A DNA stretch of 64,000 nt, taken from positions 32,001 to 96,000 of IMG/VR virus record IMGVR_UViG_3300020448_000002; one strand, written 5' to 3'. Every line of letters starts with the position of its first letter. The first letter of the stretch is position 1. The stretch is from a virus. Shown here piece after piece: positions 9,424-17,985 of this stretch. The position numbers and the translations under genes are program-made. The notes under the pieces are model-generated. The model saw nothing but the letters and a program-made list of their open reading frames with translations. It searched no databases and was not told the DNA's origin.

Positions 9424-9579
9424 ATGTCAAAACTAAACTTCAATCAGATGGCACAATGGAAAAATGGTATCAATTACAATTCACAAGAGAATAAAATAGA
9501 CGAATACTTTGAGTGCCTGATTGAATGTGATGACAACGATAGAGTATGTAAAACAATATGCACACCTCTATTAGAATAG
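9424..9579 (+). CDS. Small twin-CxxxC protein
   Basis: 51-codon ORF read manually: ...YFECLIECDDNDRVCKTICTPLLE; terminator follows. Confidence 0.65.
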   Translation: MSKLNFNQMAQWKNGINYNSQENKIDEYFECLIECDDNDRVCKTICTPLLE

Positions 9580-9600
9580 ACTACATTACAAATCCTACAG

Positions 9601-9626
9601 AGACGGTTGCAAGACCGTCTTTTTTA
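9601..9626 (+). terminator. Intrinsic terminator overlapping a TTGCAA-N17-TATAAT promoter
   Basis: AGACGGT-tgcaag-ACCGTCT followed by a T-run. Confidence 0.8.
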
Positions 9627-9657
9627 TTGTATAATATTAAATGATATTATATTTAAT

Positions 9658-9741
9658 ATGAATAACATAGGTTTAGAAGTTGTATTCTGGACAGTATTAA
9701 CAATTTATCTCTTAAACAAGTTAGGAGTCTTTAAAAAATGA
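9658..9741 (+). CDS. 27-aa single-pass membrane peptide
   Basis: MNNIGLEVVFWTVLTIYLLNKLGVFKK; ATGA overlap with the methyltransferase. Confidence 0.5.
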   Translation: MNNIGLEVVFWTVLTIYLLNKLGVFKK

Positions 9742-10862
9742 AGGACACTATATTATTTGGAGATTGTAAGGAGACACTAAGTCAATTTGCACCACAGAGT
9801 GCTAGAACTTGTGTTACATCCCCACCTTATTATGGACTTAGGGATTATGGCACAGCAACATGGATAGGGGGAGACCCTAATTGTAACCATAGGAGAGATA
9901 GTAAAGTCAAACCTGAGAATTGTAATACAGGACATAAGAATCACGATGAAATGTATGGAGTAGGGGATGCAATATATAAAACTGTTTGCCCTAAGTGTGG
10001 TGCAATAAGACAAGATAGTCAAATAGGACTAGAAGAAACACCAGAAGAATATATTGAAAGTCTTGTAGATGTATTTCGTAGTGTCAGGGATGTTTTAACT
10101 GATGATGGAACTTTATGGGTTAATTTAGGAGATAGTTATTATAACTATAGACCAGGAAAAGGTCAATCATATCCTAAACAGTCAGTATCTAAAACTAAAC
10201 AAGATTTACCTGATGAATGTAATAAACGTGGTAACAAATTAGATGGATTAAAAGAGAAAGATTTAATTGGAATACCTTGGATGTTTGCGTTTGCTATGCG
10301 TAAAGATGGATGGTATTTAAGACAAGATATTATCTGGCATAAACCTAATCCAATGCCAGAAAGTGTAAAAGATAGATGTACTAAATCACATGAGTATATC
10401 TTTTTATTCAGCAAAAACAGAAAGTATTTTTATGACAACGAATCAATCAAAGAACCAGTCAAGCAAGACTGGGGAACAAGAGACCGCACAAAAGGTAAGT
10501 ATCATAATATTGGTAGTGGCTTACAACCTCATAGTGGTCTTACCAAGTCTTATGAACGGAAAAATAAACGATCTGTTTGGTCTGTTACTGTAAAACCATA
10601 CAAAGAAGCACATTTTGCCACTTATCCACCTGACTTAATTGAACCTTGCATCAAAGCAGGAAGTGAAGAAGGAGATACAATACTTGACCCATTTATGGGT
10701 GCAGGAACTACAGCGGCAGTTGCAAAGTCACTTAAACGTCATTATATTGGATGTGAACTCAATGAAGATTATGGTAACTTAATTCAGAAGAGAATTGATG
10801 ATTATCAACCAATTAAAGAAATGGCACAAAATGCATTGACTGATCTCATGAGTGGAGTATAA
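9738..10862 (+). CDS. Beta-class N4-cytosine/N6-adenine DNA methyltransferase with Cys-rich insert
   Basis: CVTSPPYYGLRDY, WHKPNPMPES, HFATYP, LDPFMGAGTT. Confidence 0.92.
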   Translation: MKDTILFGDCKETLSQFAPQSARTCVTSPPYYGLRDYGTATWIGGDPNCNHRRDSKVKPENCNTGHKNHDEMYGVGDAIYKTVCPKCGAIRQDSQIGLEETPEEYIESLVDVFRSVRDVLTDDGTLWVNLGDSYYNYRPGKGQSYPKQSVSKTKQDLPDECNKRGNKLDGLKEKDLIGIPWMFAFAMRKDGWYLRQDIIWHKPNPMPESVKDRCTKSHEYIFLFSKNRKYFYDNESIKEPVKQDWGTRDRTKGKYHNIGSGLQPHSGLTKSYERKNKRSVWSVTVKPYKEAHFATYPPDLIEPCIKAGSEEGDTILDPFMGAGTTAAVAKSLKRHYIGCELNEDYGNLIQKRIDDYQPIKEMAQNALTDLMSGV

Positions 10863-10865
10863 ATA
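10858..10865 (+). promoter_or_regulatory. T4-type late promoter
   Basis: Exact TATAAATA. Confidence 0.5.
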
Positions 10866-10884
10866 AGTCAACTGTAATAAAAAG

Positions 10885-11010
10885 ATGGAAGTTGTTATTA
10901 CACCTGACCATATCACACTAAGCAACAAAAGACTAGATACATTTACACTAGTCATACTTCCGTTTTTATATCTTGAAGCATTTGTAAAACTGATACTACG
11001 AGTCAAGTGA
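10885..11010 (+). CDS. Small hypothetical protein
   Basis: 41-codon ORF between TATAAATA and a terminator. Confidence 0.4.
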   Translation: MEVVITPDHITLSNKRLDTFTLVILPFLYLEAFVKLILRVK

Positions 11011-11063
11011 CACTCACATAACTGTACATCCCTCTTAACAGAGGGGTTTTTTTATGCTATACT
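11007..11063 (+). promoter_or_regulatory. Palindrome/early promoter cassette with embedded terminator hairpin
   Basis: GTGACACT-N6-ACTGTACA; hairpin CCCTCT-taac-AGAGGG plus T-run; TTAACA-N17-TATACT with TG extension. Confidence 0.65.
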
Positions 11064-11084
11064 ATGTTTATTGATTAAAGTATT

Positions 11085-12332
11085 ATGTTCTTATTGAAAA
11101 AGCATCAAGATTATGCATACATGAAGATGCTAGACAATAAAAAAGGACAAGTGATTGTGCCTACTGGTGGTGGTAAAACATACATCATGATTGCGGATGC
11201 TATTAGAAATAACTATCAGCAGTATCAGAAATCTGATAATATTAATGTTGTGGTAGCACCTCGTATATTATTAGCACAACAGTTATGCAATGATTTTACA
11301 GATCATATTGAAGCATTTGATGATATTATTCATGTTCACTCAGGAGATACGGAGTATTACAGCACAACTTCCGCAGAAGACTTAAAGTTATGGTATTTAA
11401 CATCACAAAACATATCAAATAGAATAATATTTACTACTTATCATTCATTAAACCGCATCGTTGAGAGTGGCATCCCTATTAATACGGTATATTTTGATGA
11501 AGCACATAACTCATGTGGTAAGAAGTTTTTTGAAGCAGTAAAATCAGTATCTAATATATCAAATAGATGCTATTTCTTTACAGCAACACCTAGGCAAGGA
11601 AGAGGTCAGACTATTGAGCGTGGTATGAATAATAGTGATGTTTTTGGTCAAGTGATTGCTAATGTTGATGCTAAAGAGTTAATAGATGCAGGTATTATAT
11701 TACCACCTAAAGTAATACCATATGATACTAACAGGAAAAGAAACAAAGTCAATGCTCATGAAGTTGATGCTAAGAACTTAAAAGATATTCTAGAGGATAC
11801 AGTAGAGGATGATTCAAAAGTATTAGTGGCAGCACCTAGCACAAGAATATTATGGAATATGCTCACTAAAACTGATATACTTGACTGGTTCAAAAAACAG
11901 AACTATGGAGTTATGCATATTACATCTAAGCATGGTGCATACGTTGATGGTAAGAAAGTCCGCAGGGATGTATTCTTTAATACTCTTAATGAGTGGGGTA
12001 AAAGTGCTAAGAAATTTGTTGTGTTTCATTATAGTATATTATCTGAAGGTATCAATGTAGCAGGATTAACTCATACAGTATTATTAAGGAATTTACCTGT
12101 TATTGAAATGGCACAAACAATAGGTAGAGTAATTAGAGTGCATCCTGATGATAGAAAGTCAGTTGAAGATGGTATTATACCAGTAGCACAATTCTCACTA
12201 TATCGCAAGGGATATGGTAGAGTAACAGTTCCCTTAAGTGGTAAGTATGGAGAGAAGATTGCTAAAAGACTTGAGTCAGTAGTTAATCAAATCTTTATAG
12301 AAGGAATACCACCTCTAGCGTGGACATCATAG
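11085..12332 (+). CDS. Superfamily 2 helicase (DEAH; ResIII-like)
   Basis: PTGGGKT, APRILL, DEAH, TATP, LSEGIN, QTIGRVIR. Confidence 0.9.
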   Translation: MFLLKKHQDYAYMKMLDNKKGQVIVPTGGGKTYIMIADAIRNNYQQYQKSDNINVVVAPRILLAQQLCNDFTDHIEAFDDIIHVHSGDTEYYSTTSAEDLKLWYLTSQNISNRIIFTTYHSLNRIVESGIPINTVYFDEAHNSCGKKFFEAVKSVSNISNRCYFFTATPRQGRGQTIERGMNNSDVFGQVIANVDAKELIDAGIILPPKVIPYDTNRKRNKVNAHEVDAKNLKDILEDTVEDDSKVLVAAPSTRILWNMLTKTDILDWFKKQNYGVMHITSKHGAYVDGKKVRRDVFFNTLNEWGKSAKKFVVFHYSILSEGINVAGLTHTVLLRNLPVIEMAQTIGRVIRVHPDDRKSVEDGIIPVAQFSLYRKGYGRVTVPLSGKYGEKIAKRLESVVNQIFIEGIPPLAWTS

Positions 12333-12392
12333 GACAGTTCAACAAAGTGGCACATCGTACTACCATTATGGTATCAAATACAGTATTATAAT
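12332..12392 (+). promoter_or_regulatory. Palindrome/early promoter cassette
   Basis: GGACAGT-N7-AGTGGCAC, 30 nt, TATTATAAT. Confidence 0.7.
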
Positions 12393-12395
12393 AAT

Positions 12396-12638
12396 ATGAA
12401 CAACAAAAGGCACATGATTCACTCAATGCACTTCGGAAGAGTATTCTGGTTAAACCTTGATAATGACCTTATGTCAGCACCTTGGTTAAAAGATGGCACA
12501 GTTTTAGATGGCACATTTGGAACTGAAGATCAATCTGATTATGTAAGTGAGTGGACTGACCTCGAAGGTCTTAATATGGATGCACTTTTAAACATTCACA
12601 AAGATTTGATTATCGCATCACTAGGAGATCAAAAATGA
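12396..12638 (+). CDS. Hypothetical early protein
   Basis: ORF track; true start may be the ATG at 12414. Confidence 0.6.
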   Translation: MNNKRHMIHSMHFGRVFWLNLDNDLMSAPWLKDGTVLDGTFGTEDQSDYVSEWTDLEGLNMDALLNIHKDLIIASLGDQK

Positions 12639-12784
12639 ACCAGTCTTATACTAAAGACATTCAAGTCAATGTCACATTTGATGAAAAATATCAATTTGAC
12701 AAACTTTATGACATTTTGAGAGATATGGATTTTCCACTCACAAATAAACAACATAGTGTATTTGAAAAAATCTTATTAGGATAA
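12635..12784 (+). CDS. Small hypothetical protein
   Basis: 49-codon ORF read manually; AGGAG RBS; coupled at both ends. Confidence 0.55.
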   Translation: MNQSYTKDIQVNVTFDEKYQFDKLYDILRDMDFPLTNKQHSVFEKILLG

Positions 12785-12999
12785 TGAAAACAGCAGTATT
12801 TCAAGTAAGGATTGAAGCAACACCCGATGCAGAAATCAATCCATTTCATTTAGCAGAAGAGATACAGGCATATCTCAATGCTCATGTATGTATGGTCAAT
12901 GAGACTACTGATACATACGAGGATGTTAGAGTAACAGGTTACAAATTTGATTACGATAACTTCACACCTACCCAATTTGATTACGATCAGGAGTTTTAA
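12784..12999 (+). CDS. Hypothetical early protein
   Basis: ORF track; coupled. Confidence 0.65.
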   Translation: MKTAVFQVRIEATPDAEINPFHLAEEIQAYLNAHVCMVNETTDTYEDVRVTGYKFDYDNFTPTQFDYDQEF

Positions 13000-13233
13000 A
13001 TGGAAAAGCACATCAATCTATTTCAAGTAATACCAGAGGATGAGCATTCACATATTTCTAACAAGATATGGGAAGCACTTGATAGAGCAGGAATTGTATG
13101 CTCTCAGGATGCTGAACTATCAATCAAGATATATGATGATGAGATAGTAATTAGAAAAAGTGACCCATTTGGACTTGAGTCAGTTACTGATGATGATTAT
13201 GACTCAGAAGGCGAATTAATCTATGAAGCATAG
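13000..13233 (+). CDS. Hypothetical early protein
   Basis: ORF track; CAGGAG RBS. Confidence 0.65.
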   Translation: MEKHINLFQVIPEDEHSHISNKIWEALDRAGIVCSQDAELSIKIYDDEIVIRKSDPFGLESVTDDDYDSEGELIYEA

Positions 13234-13289
13234 GACAGTACAATATGTGTCACACATTACCACGCATAGGTTACAAAATACCTTATACT
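13233..13289 (+). promoter_or_regulatory. Palindrome/early promoter cassette
   Basis: GGACAGT-N7-GTGTCAC, 30 nt, TATACT. Confidence 0.7.
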
Positions 13290-13311
13290 AAAGACATCAA
13301 GAGAATTTCTA

Positions 13312-13476
13312 ATGAACACTCTAACAACAAAAGAACTAAAAGTCATCAAACTGATGGAAGAAGTAATTGACACTCTTTCAAGGTGCAAAGACTTATCTGA
13401 CCCCGCATTTGATATGTATTATGTCATGCAGGATGCAGTAAACAAAGAAGTTATCTATCCAATGGAGAATTTCTAA
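13312..13476 (+). CDS. Small hypothetical protein
   Basis: 54-codon ORF read manually. Confidence 0.55.
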   Translation: MNTLTTKELKVIKLMEEVIDTLSRCKDLSDPAFDMYYVMQDAVNKEVIYPMENF

Positions 13477-13644
13477 ATGCCAATTATTAAGTTATCAATC
13501 GAAGAGCATCAATCACTCACTAGATTTTTAAGTCATCCTAAAGCAATGAAATACAGGAGTGACTTATACGATACAGATACTTTTGATTCAATGGAAGATA
13601 AAGTATATGATGCAGTAAACAACTTAACAGTAGAGGATTTTTAA
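13477..13644 (+). CDS. Small hypothetical protein
   Basis: 55-codon ORF read manually; abuts neighbours. Confidence 0.55.
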   Translation: MPIIKLSIEEHQSLTRFLSHPKAMKYRSDLYDTDTFDSMEDKVYDAVNNLTVEDF

Positions 13645-13899
13645 ATGAACTTAAATGACAAGTTGAAAAAAGAGAGAACTGGACTAACCGCACAACAGTA
13701 TAGTGACTTGCAGGAGTTATTTGTTGATCGTTATGTTGACAATATGACTACTAAAGACTTAGTAGAATATGTTTATAACGATATGATGCAGTATGTTGAG
13801 AATCAACCAGAAAAGGAATTCTTGGATGACTGTAAGGACTACTGGGATGATGGATTCCAGGAAATTATTGAAGAAATTAAGGAGATCGCACCCGAATGA
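13645..13899 (+). CDS. Hypothetical early protein
   Basis: ORF track; GAGG RBS. Confidence 0.65.
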   Translation: MNLNDKLKKERTGLTAQQYSDLQELFVDRYVDNMTTKDLVEYVYNDMMQYVENQPEKEFLDDCKDYWDDGFQEIIEEIKEIAPE

Positions 13900-14111
13900 A
13901 AACAATTAAAATGAGTGATGAGCAATTTGCACAACTTAAAGAGTATGTTGTTGACAGTTGCGAAGACATTATGGATAGGTCACTAGAGTGGGCAGATTCA
14001 GATCAGAGCAATGATTTTATTGATTTTCATGAAATATTATTTGAGTTTAGATCAATTTTAGAGGAAGCGGATAGATGGACTACTGTTAAATTATGGGAAG
14101 AAGGAGAGTAA
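13896..14111 (+). CDS. Hypothetical early protein
   Basis: ORF track; AGGAG RBS. Confidence 0.65.
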   Translation: MKTIKMSDEQFAQLKEYVVDSCEDIMDRSLEWADSDQSNDFIDFHEILFEFRSILEEADRWTTVKLWEEGE

Positions 14112-14113
14112 AA

Positions 14114-14239
14114 ATGAACTATCAAGAAATTAAAGCAATGAGTTCAAAAGAACTTAAAGATTATCTTAAGCAAGGTTTCGCTGATGTTGAAACTGAAGAT
14201 ATGATTTCATATGAATTATATGAAGTGAGAGGAGAGTAG
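14114..14239 (+). CDS. Small hypothetical protein
   Basis: 41-codon ORF; AGGAG RBS. Confidence 0.5.
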   Translation: MNYQEIKAMSSKELKDYLKQGFADVETEDMISYELYEVRGE

Positions 14240-14243
14240 CATC

Positions 14244-14396
14244 ATGAGACACTTAGTTCCATTTACAGGAGACCAACTTACAATAATTGAAGATGCTCTC
14301 AAATATTCTCGAAAATATGCCGATGCCAAATATTGCTCGGATGTTTATGAAATCTTACAAGAAATTAAAAACAACACTTCAATAGGTAGATCATGA
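14244..14396 (+). CDS. Small hypothetical protein
   Basis: 50-codon ORF; GGAG RBS. Confidence 0.5.
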   Translation: MRHLVPFTGDQLTIIEDALKYSRKYADAKYCSDVYEILQEIKNNTSIGRS

Positions 14397-14566
14397 GTCA
14401 ACACAAAGTCAATTTATCAGATAAAGAAATTACTAGAGTATGTGATCTCTTAGATGAGCAACATGACCTAGATAAGAAATTATCTAACAAGTTAAACAAC
14501 ATATTGATTAAGCATTTAGCATTAATTGATAATAATAGAGCAAAACAACCAATCGGAGAGTGGTAA
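14393..14566 (+). CDS. Small hypothetical protein
   Basis: 57-codon ORF; ATGA overlap. Confidence 0.5.
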   Translation: MSQHKVNLSDKEITRVCDLLDEQHDLDKKLSNKLNNILIKHLALIDNNRAKQPIGEW

Positions 14567-14567
14567 T

Positions 14568-14627
14568 GTACCAGTTAAACAAAGTGGCACAATGGGTATT
14601 GTGTTTCGCAGTAGTCTCGACTATACT
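14568..14627 (+). promoter_or_regulatory. Palindrome/early promoter cassette
   Basis: GTACCAGT-N7-AGTGGCAC, 31 nt, TATACT. Confidence 0.7.
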
Positions 14628-14651
14628 TAATTCATAAGTTACAAATCAAAC

Positions 14652-15065
14652 ATGACTGTTAAATCTCTCAACTTTCAAGCAGGTAGTTCAGCAAAGTCAC
14701 ACTATAAAAAACTTGATACTTATCAGAAATTAGTAGTTAATGCTATTACAACTTATGGTGGTGGTAGTTGGAAAAACAACGTATCAGTCCATCATAAGCA
14801 TGACCAGAGTCAATTCTCAAATATACTAATTGGTTCAGAAGTAGTTGCTAAGGTAGTATATGAGACCGCACATGATGATCTTTCTATAGAGGACTATAGA
14901 GATATTCATATTCATAAGTGTATGTTAGCGAATGTATCCTATATTGCTTTTGGTAAGGATACTGACGATTATAGAGATTCATATCAAGTTGTAAGATATA
15001 GAAATATGTTAGCAAAAATGGGATTCACTATAATAAATGTAGCAAACAAGTGCATCCAGTATTAA
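14652..15065 (+). CDS. Hypothetical early protein
   Basis: ORF track; directly after the cassette. Confidence 0.65.
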   Translation: MTVKSLNFQAGSSAKSHYKKLDTYQKLVVNAITTYGGGSWKNNVSVHHKHDQSQFSNILIGSEVVAKVVYETAHDDLSIEDYRDIHIHKCMLANVSYIAFGKDTDDYRDSYQVVRYRNMLAKMGFTIINVANKCIQY

Positions 15066-15078
15066 GTCAAGTGATCTT

Positions 15079-15151
15079 GTGCCACTTTTATTAGTGGCAC
15101 ATAGTTTTACCATTGCCATTAAAACTGGACTATACTTATTACATAAGCAAC
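15079..15151 (+). promoter_or_regulatory. Palindrome/early promoter cassette
   Basis: Perfect GTGCCACT-N6-AGTGGCAC, 30 nt, TATACTTATTACATAAGCAAC. Confidence 0.8.
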
Positions 15152-15161
15152 TAAAGGACTT

Positions 15162-15308
15162 ATGACTAACGATCAAAGATACAAAGCATTCCTTAGATGG
15201 GATGCAATGATTCAAAGACAACAGGCAAGAAAAGCAGGAAAAACACTTTCTCAAATTCATGCAGATAAGTGGTTCGATTCAAATTTCAAATTCATAGGAG
15301 ACAACTAA
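15162..15308 (+). CDS. Small hypothetical protein
   Basis: 48-codon ORF; AAGGA RBS. Confidence 0.55.
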   Translation: MTNDQRYKAFLRWDAMIQRQQARKAGKTLSQIHADKWFDSNFKFIGDN

Positions 15309-15309
15309 A

Positions 15310-15561
15310 ATGCACAACTTTAAAGAATTTCTTGATTATTGCGAATCATTCTATAACCCTAGTCATCCTGACGTTTTATATCCTATCGATGGATTAACTA
15401 GGCAAGAGTTAGCACTTGCAACTCTAAACTATTTGGACTTATGTGCGACTAGTGAGAACATCACATGGGGAGACGGAGATTCACTAGATCGTGAGAGAGT
15501 CAGAGATTTTGTAATACAGAGGAGAGCAACAGAGCAAACAGCAACAAAATTAGGATTTTAA
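15310..15561 (+). CDS. Hypothetical early protein
   Basis: ORF track; WGDGDSLDRERVRD motif. Confidence 0.7.
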   Translation: MHNFKEFLDYCESFYNPSHPDVLYPIDGLTRQELALATLNYLDLCATSENITWGDGDSLDRERVRDFVIQRRATEQTATKLGF

Positions 15562-15563
15562 AA

Positions 15564-15761
15564 ATGTTCATAGTTACACATATTGATGTTCATGAATCAC
15601 TTGACGAGGACATTCAGTTTAAAATTGATAATGGTCTCGGATTATGGTCATCTAAAGAGCATGAAATTTGGGAAGATGTAGAAAAATACATTCAACCCTA
15701 TACTCTCAAAAATGTAGAGTATGAAAAGAATAAACCACATTATTTGACCTCTTTCATGTAA
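15564..15761 (+). CDS. Hypothetical early protein
   Basis: ORF track. Confidence 0.6.
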   Translation: MFIVTHIDVHESLDEDIQFKIDNGLGLWSSKEHEIWEDVEKYIQPYTLKNVEYEKNKPHYLTSFM

Positions 15762-15776
15762 ATGTCAAGTGGTATT

Positions 15777-15849
15777 GTGACAGTAAAAGTACTGTCACAC
15801 AGTATCACTATTATCCCTTAAAATCAACTATACTTATTACATAAGCAAC
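15777..15849 (+). promoter_or_regulatory. Palindrome/early promoter cassette
   Basis: Perfect GTGACAGT-N6-ACTGTCAC, 30 nt, TATACTTATTACATAAGCAAC. Confidence 0.8.
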
Positions 15850-15858
15850 AAAGGAATT

Positions 15859-16329
15859 ATGACTAATCCAACTATCGAAGCACTAGTCCCAAATTGGACA
15901 GCAGAGTATTGCGAAGCATTAAGACTAAACTATTTTAACTATCACGTTAACCAGTTAAAAGTTAACTCAGAGCGTTTTTCAAAACCTAGTGGAAGTGTAT
16001 TAGGTCATCGTCCAGATTTATCAGAATATGCGAAGTCTCAACTAGCAGAGATCGAAAACGGAACAGCGAAGTTAATGAAATTCAGAGCGATAGAAGGTAA
16101 GAAGTATTACAAAGTAGTTCAGCAAGAATGGGATGAAGATAGACAAGAATACAGAGACAGATCAGTAAATAGTTTTGTTGACAAGAAAACAGGCGAAGTA
16201 TATAAAGCATCAAGTTGGAAAGCACCCGCAAAGGGAGTCCGTTTTGATATGAGAATTATTACTCAAAGGAGATTAATGCATAACCCTAACTATGTTGACT
16301 GGGCAAGTGGTCATCTTTATATACGATAG
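15859..16329 (+). CDS. Conserved phage hypothetical protein
   Basis: GKKYYKV...FVDKKTGEVYKASSWKAPAKGVRF motif, recognised as common in T4-like cyanophages. Confidence 0.75.
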   Translation: MTNPTIEALVPNWTAEYCEALRLNYFNYHVNQLKVNSERFSKPSGSVLGHRPDLSEYAKSQLAEIENGTAKLMKFRAIEGKKYYKVVQQEWDEDRQEYRDRSVNSFVDKKTGEVYKASSWKAPAKGVRFDMRIITQRRLMHNPNYVDWASGHLYIR

Positions 16330-16338
16330 GAGGACAGA

Positions 16339-16494
16339 ATGGTTAAAATTGAAACTAAACATCATATCGTAGAATTTCACACTAAGAAGGATTCCAGGAA
16401 ATTCTTAAAGAAAATCTACAAAAAAGGGATAACTCTCGACTATTATCTTTGGGAGTTCGATCTTACCACAGAATTATACGAAATAGGGGAGTAG
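16339..16494 (+). CDS. Small hypothetical protein
   Basis: 51-codon ORF; AGGAGG RBS. Confidence 0.55.
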   Translation: MVKIETKHHIVEFHTKKDSRKFLKKIYKKGITLDYYLWEFDLTTELYEIGE

Positions 16495-16495
16495 T

Positions 16496-16553
16496 GTGCC
16501 AGTACTTTTAGTGGCACAAAACTCTTTACAAGTATAGCAAAATCGACTATACT
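16496..16553 (+). promoter_or_regulatory. Palindrome/early promoter cassette
   Basis: GTGCCAGT-N6-AGTGGCAC, then TTTACA-N17-TATACT. Confidence 0.8.
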
Positions 16554-16578
16554 TATAATATAAGCAACAGAGAACTAA

Positions 16579-16809
16579 ATGTTATCAACAGCAACTTACA
16601 CCACACCAGTTAACAGAATCAAGCAGAAAGTCCTATTTGACTTTAACCTTGATGCACTTTCAAGCATATGTCACGACTGGGAAGATTTTGTTATCGAAAT
16701 CTCAGAGTGGGGAATCTACAAGTTAGCAGGAGTTGACTTTGATACTTTAACTACTGAAGACATTGCTAGACTAGACCAGTTTATTAAAAATCAAAACGGA
16801 GGAGAATAA
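16579..16809 (+). CDS. Hypothetical early protein
   Basis: ORF track. Confidence 0.65.
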   Translation: MLSTATYTTPVNRIKQKVLFDFNLDALSSICHDWEDFVIEISEWGIYKLAGVDFDTLTTEDIARLDQFIKNQNGGE

Positions 16810-16811
16810 AA

Positions 16812-16994
16812 ATGAGTTGCATTCAAAACGAGACAATCCTAGAAAATCTTTATGATGAAGTATGGGAAGAGTATAGGATTAAAAACAATCTTACTTCAGA
16901 TCAACTTGATGCTATCGATCAAAATTCTGAATTGGGTTATCTACCAGAAATTGCAGATGAAGCACAGAGACGTTTTGAGGACTTAATTCAATGA
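16812..16994 (+). CDS. Hypothetical early protein
   Basis: ORF track; GGAGGAG RBS. Confidence 0.65.
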   Translation: MSCIQNETILENLYDEVWEEYRIKNNLTSDQLDAIDQNSELGYLPEIADEAQRRFEDLIQ

Positions 16995-17125
16995 ATCGAG
17001 ACCTCTATCAAGAGATCGTAAAAGTTTACGAATCTACTGACGAAATCGAATCGACTGTAGCATTTGAATTTGGACTTAAAAACGATCTTTATTATTCACT
17101 TTTTCATTCCTATCAGGAGGACTAA
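16991..17125 (+). CDS. Small hypothetical protein
   Basis: 44-codon ORF; ATGA overlap. Confidence 0.5.
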   Translation: MNRDLYQEIVKVYESTDEIESTVAFEFGLKNDLYYSLFHSYQED

Positions 17126-17130
17126 CCAAA

Positions 17131-17295
17131 ATGACCAGAGCAGAATATGAGTTATTATACTCAGCATTTAAAAGTTATAGACCATTTATGACGGATGCAG
17201 AGGAAGTGATGAGCGAGAAAATTCTTGATGACATTTTCTATCCATCCTTTGATGCACTTAAAAATGTATCTGAACCAGAGTTGCCAGTAGTATGA
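17131..17295 (+). CDS. Small hypothetical protein
   Basis: 54-codon ORF; AGGAGG RBS. Confidence 0.55.
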   Translation: MTRAEYELLYSAFKSYRPFMTDAEEVMSEKILDDIFYPSFDALKNVSEPELPVV

Positions 17296-17507
17296 AAAAC
17301 TACGATAAGAAAAACTCAAAAGAGAGAACATACAAGTGTTTTGAGCAAATCGGTATAGGAGACACCGTACGATATTTTAAGGAATATGGGCAAATCATCC
17401 TACGTCTAGACGAAACTAGGCAAGTTTATCTCACTAACGATAAACACTATATGCTTCCAATTAACTGGAAGAAAACTAAAGTAATTTCACTTATTAATGA
17501 GGATTAA
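17292..17507 (+). CDS. Hypothetical protein
   Basis: ORF track. Confidence 0.55.
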   Translation: MKNYDKKNSKERTYKCFEQIGIGDTVRYFKEYGQIILRLDETRQVYLTNDKHYMLPINWKKTKVISLINED

Positions 17508-17512
17508 CTAAA

Positions 17513-17740
17513 ATGTGTCAACTTGAATTTATGACTGAAGTCTTGAGTGACTATTGCACAGTTGAAAAATTGCCCTTTATGTCAGCATCCGATATTTTGG
17601 TTATGTATCGCAGTATTCTTACAGAATCTCAAAGGGAGTGGTTACGCAATTATATTGAAATTTGGGATGTAATACAAGAGAATGAAAACCAATCTTATGG
17701 AAGTGTGGATGCTCGCCCGATTTTTTTAACCTCTATATAA
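17513..17740 (+). CDS. Hypothetical protein
   Basis: ORF track. Confidence 0.6.
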   Translation: MCQLEFMTEVLSDYCTVEKLPFMSASDILVMYRSILTESQREWLRNYIEIWDVIQENENQSYGSVDARPIFLTSI

Positions 17741-17743
17741 TGT

Positions 17744-17983
17744 ATGTCAACACATTTTCAATTAATACCTTGGACAGAATTATGTCACGCTATTGACTTG
17801 ATACGATATGAAGAGGACAATAAAGCAACTATGACTTATGCACAGTTACAAAAGTTCCTGGAAACCCTAACACCAGAGCAATTAAATAACGAGGTAGTCA
17901 TATATGATAAGGACGTTGAGGACTATTGCAAAGCGGATGCAAATTTAATAATCAAGAATGACAAGATTTATATAGGGATATAA
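17744..17983 (+). CDS. Hypothetical protein
   Basis: ORF track; alternative start at MTYAQL. Confidence 0.55.
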   Translation: MSTHFQLIPWTELCHAIDLIRYEEDNKATMTYAQLQKFLETLTPEQLNNEVVIYDKDVEDYCKADANLIIKNDKIYIGI

Positions 17984-17985
17984 AA

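Noticed and set aside
9424-9579. Cys-containing microprotein as CP12
   Set aside because: Lacks the CP12 C-terminal Cys-x8-Cys-x-x-Y/F-D-D pattern; has two CxxxC motifs instead.
15255-15295. GGTTCGATTC as a tRNA T-loop
   Set aside because: No T-stem, acceptor stem or cloverleaf; it lies inside a plausible ORF. No tRNA was seen in the window.
15776-15799. Palindrome as a CRP or NtcA site
   Set aside because: TGTGA...TCACA half-sites are 14 nt apart rather than 6, and there is no GTA-N8-TAC.
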